DNA of 52,634 bases, taken from the IMG/VR virus record IMGVR_UViG_3300029487_000014; one strand, written 5' to 3'. The DNA comes from a virus. Positions 51,138 through 52,634 of the stretch are shown here, in pieces. Below the pieces are notes generated by a model, which was not told the DNA's origin, searched no databases, and saw nothing but the letters and a program-made list of their open reading frames with translations. Each line of letters begins with the position of its first letter. Within the stretch, counting starts at the first letter, position 1. Both the position numbers and the translations under genes were made by a program.

Positions 51138-51632
51138 TTAATAACTTCCAGTCGAGCCCAGAGCTCCATCGCCACGCTCGGATGAACGGCTGAAAAGCTC
51201 TGACTCAGAAACTTCTTCAAGGCCTTCATACGATACAGGCACAAGAATAAATTGTGCTATTTTCATACCTGGCTTAATGTGGACTTTGGCTTTGCCGACA
51301 TTAACAACATGTATATGAATTTCACCTTGGTAATCTTCATCTACAATCTTGGCTCCGAGGATAACGATGCTTTCAAATGCTTCTGCTTTCGGTGTTCTAC
51401 CAGCTCCAAGGCAAGCCCATTTAGAAGTTACAACTCCTGATTTATCGGCCGCCATAAGCATATATCCTTCTGGAATTTCCATCTTAATACCTGATGGTAT
51501 CAAAACATCAGTTCCTGGGTTTACGATAAAGCCTTTGTTATTGCCAAAGTTAGGAACGAAAAAATCAATTCCTGCTGCTTTACCAGTCCCACGAGCAGGG
51601 GACTTTACATTTCTTATTTTTGCAAATTTCAT
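51138..51632 (-). CDS. Trimeric dUTPase-family nucleotide pyrophosphatase (divergent motif II)
   Basis: Motif I AAGIDF, motif III GAKIVDEDYQGEI, motif IV GMKIAQFIL, motif V RGDGALGSTG. Motif II reads ADKSG instead of (P/G)RSG. Confidence 0.75.
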   Translation of the reverse strand: MKFAKIRNVKSPARGTGKAAGIDFFVPNFGNNKGFIVNPGTDVLIPSGIKMEIPEGYMLMAADKSGVVTSKWACLGAGRTPKAEAFESIVILGAKIVDEDYQGEIHIHVVNVGKAKVHIKPGMKIAQFILVPVSYEGLEEVSESELFSRSSERGDGALGSTGSY

Positions 51633-51634
51633 GA

Positions 51635-52009
51635 CTACATCATTTTAACAAGTTCCTTAGCTGCTGTTTCTACAGCTCTAGCAAGTCTATGTTCAACTTC
51701 TGGACTTATAAGGCTGTAAACTCCTTCTTTTTCAAAAGCATCAGCCATGATAGCTCCAATTTTTGAAAGCTTAGGATTAGAAGCGTTAATGCCATGCTTA
51801 TCCATAAGTTCTTTATTGTACTCATACTTAATGCCTCCTTCTACAGGAATAAGCTTGGCTATTTCTGCATGAGTATTTGACTTTCTGCTCGTAGGAACAG
51901 TGATAATAATCTCCTGATTGGTTGTCATGCACATATCTGTGCACATTTCCATTACTTCATTGAAGTTGCGTTTAAACTCTCTTGGAGTTACTGAAATTAA
52001 ACTTTTCAT
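51635..52009 (-). CDS. Hypothetical protein
   Basis: 124-aa ORF between the methyltransferase and the dUTPase-like gene. Confidence 0.6.
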   Translation of the reverse strand: MKSLISVTPREFKRNFNEVMEMCTDMCMTTNQEIIITVPTSRKSNTHAEIAKLIPVEGGIKYEYNKELMDKHGINASNPKLSKIGAIMADAFEKEGVYSLISPEVEHRLARAVETAAKELVKMM

Positions 52010-52098
52010 AATGATGCCAAATTAGCAATTAAAATAGAATCTATTTGTGTTGCAAAAGTCATTGAGTTTGAATAAAGCTTCTTTTATCTTCATATCTG

Positions 52099-52634
52099 TT
52101 ACATTAAATCGTCATCGAATAAACTTGGCTGCTCAGTGGCTTTAGGAGCAACTTTTACATCTCCCGGCTTACGCTTTAATACCCAAAGAGTATTACGTGA
52201 AGCATCCGGGAACATAGGAGCCATGATATTGGCAATGAGGTTTGAGTCATAATACTCTTTAAGAGCATCAAACATTTTCTGTTGCCAATCGTTCATCAGT
52301 GGCTTATAGTCTTTAGCTGAAGCAAATGTACCGAACTTCTTTACTATGCTGAAATGCTTCAACAATATGCCTTCAAGCTCCCAATGGTCAAACTCTTGCA
52401 CATCAACTCCGCGACCATCACCTGAGTCATAAGTATGATTACCAGCTGCTCCTACAGATGGGTCATAGTTTGGAGTTGAAAGGTAATAAGTAGCGTTATT
52501 ATTGCCACAAGCCTTAAAGTTCTCCAAAAATGCATCTGCATTCTGTTTGCCAACATGCTCAAGCACTTCAAAAGCACAGACTTTGTCAGCATTAAACTTG
52601 CTGAAATCCATGTAGTTTTTAGCAAGGTCAGCAA
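52099..52634 (-). CDS. Class I SAM-dependent methyltransferase, C-terminal part (continuation of 1..385 across the junction)
   Basis: AFEVLEHV (post-motif II/III region). The ORF stays open upstream of the listed Met to the window edge and is in frame with 1..385. Confidence 0.75.
   Translation of the reverse strand, partial: ADLAKNYMDFSKFNADKVCAFEVLEHVGKQNADAFLENFKACGNNNATYYLSTPNYDPSVGAAGNHTYDSGDGRGVDVQEFDHWELEGILLKHFSIVKKFGTFASAKDYKPLMNDWQQKMFDALKEYYDSNLIANIMAPMFPDASRNTLWVLKRKPGDVKVAPKATEQPSLFDDDLM
52536..52634. repeat. Second copy of the 99-bp terminal overlap
   Basis: Identical to bases 1-99. Confidence 0.95.

Noticed and set aside
52536-52634. The 99-bp end repeat considered as a genuine direct terminal repeat of the virion DNA.
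   Set aside because: It sits inside a coding sequence that it restores in frame, and it has the size of a typical assembler overlap. Without read-start data the circular-closure explanation is simpler.
1-52634. A lysogeny module (integrase, excisionase, CI-type repressor with an attP).
   Set aside because: No ORF shows tyrosine- or serine-recombinase motifs. The only HTH protein (11523..11939) sits at the head of the replication operon. A temperate lifestyle cannot be supported from this sequence.

Overview
The window is a complete, circularly closed genome of about 52.5 kb from a tailed dsDNA phage with siphovirus-like gene content. Bases 1-99 are identical to 52536-52634. The host is most likely in the Bacteroidota: promoters carry TAnnTTTG-type -7 boxes, there are no Shine-Dalgarno sequences, and the backbone is AT-rich (about 30% GC in sampled lines). 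No integrase or lysogeny module is visible.

One long leftward (- strand) gene series runs from 41077 down through 1 and across the junction to 47586. In order it contains:
- a GIY-YIG homing endonuclease, a probable TerS, and a TerL that carries an intein;
- portal, scaffold and major capsid genes, a tape measure, and tail and fibre genes;
- a GC-rich cargo island;
- a holin / amidase / u-spanin lysis cassette;
- an HTH regulator and a replication module (DUF2800 nuclease, DUF2815 SSB, two tRNA-like genes, family A DNA polymerase, primase-helicase, VRR-NUC, SNF2 helicase);
- a nucleotide and DNA-modification module (SAM methyltransferase, dUTPase-like protein, T4 gp42-like dCMP hydroxymethylase);
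- an Asp-less OmpR-type regulator.

A rightward (+ strand) block at 42261-47533 holds about 13 small genes of unknown function.

The most unusual signals are at nucleotide level:
1. The 9-mer CGAGAGAAT and close relatives are strongly enriched in the rightward block, and GCGAGAAT boxes sit in nearly every control region.
2. Three intergenic RNA structures share an architecture that resembles a tRNA acceptor/T-arm minihelix. Each lies upstream of a conserved AAAATTTACAGYAAT leader.
3. Two tandem tRNA-like genes have no foldable anticodon arm.
4. Two homologous palindrome-plus-iteron loci bracket the late region.
5. A GC-rich island encodes Cys-cluster proteins.

All protein family calls come from motif recognition by eye. 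No database search was run.
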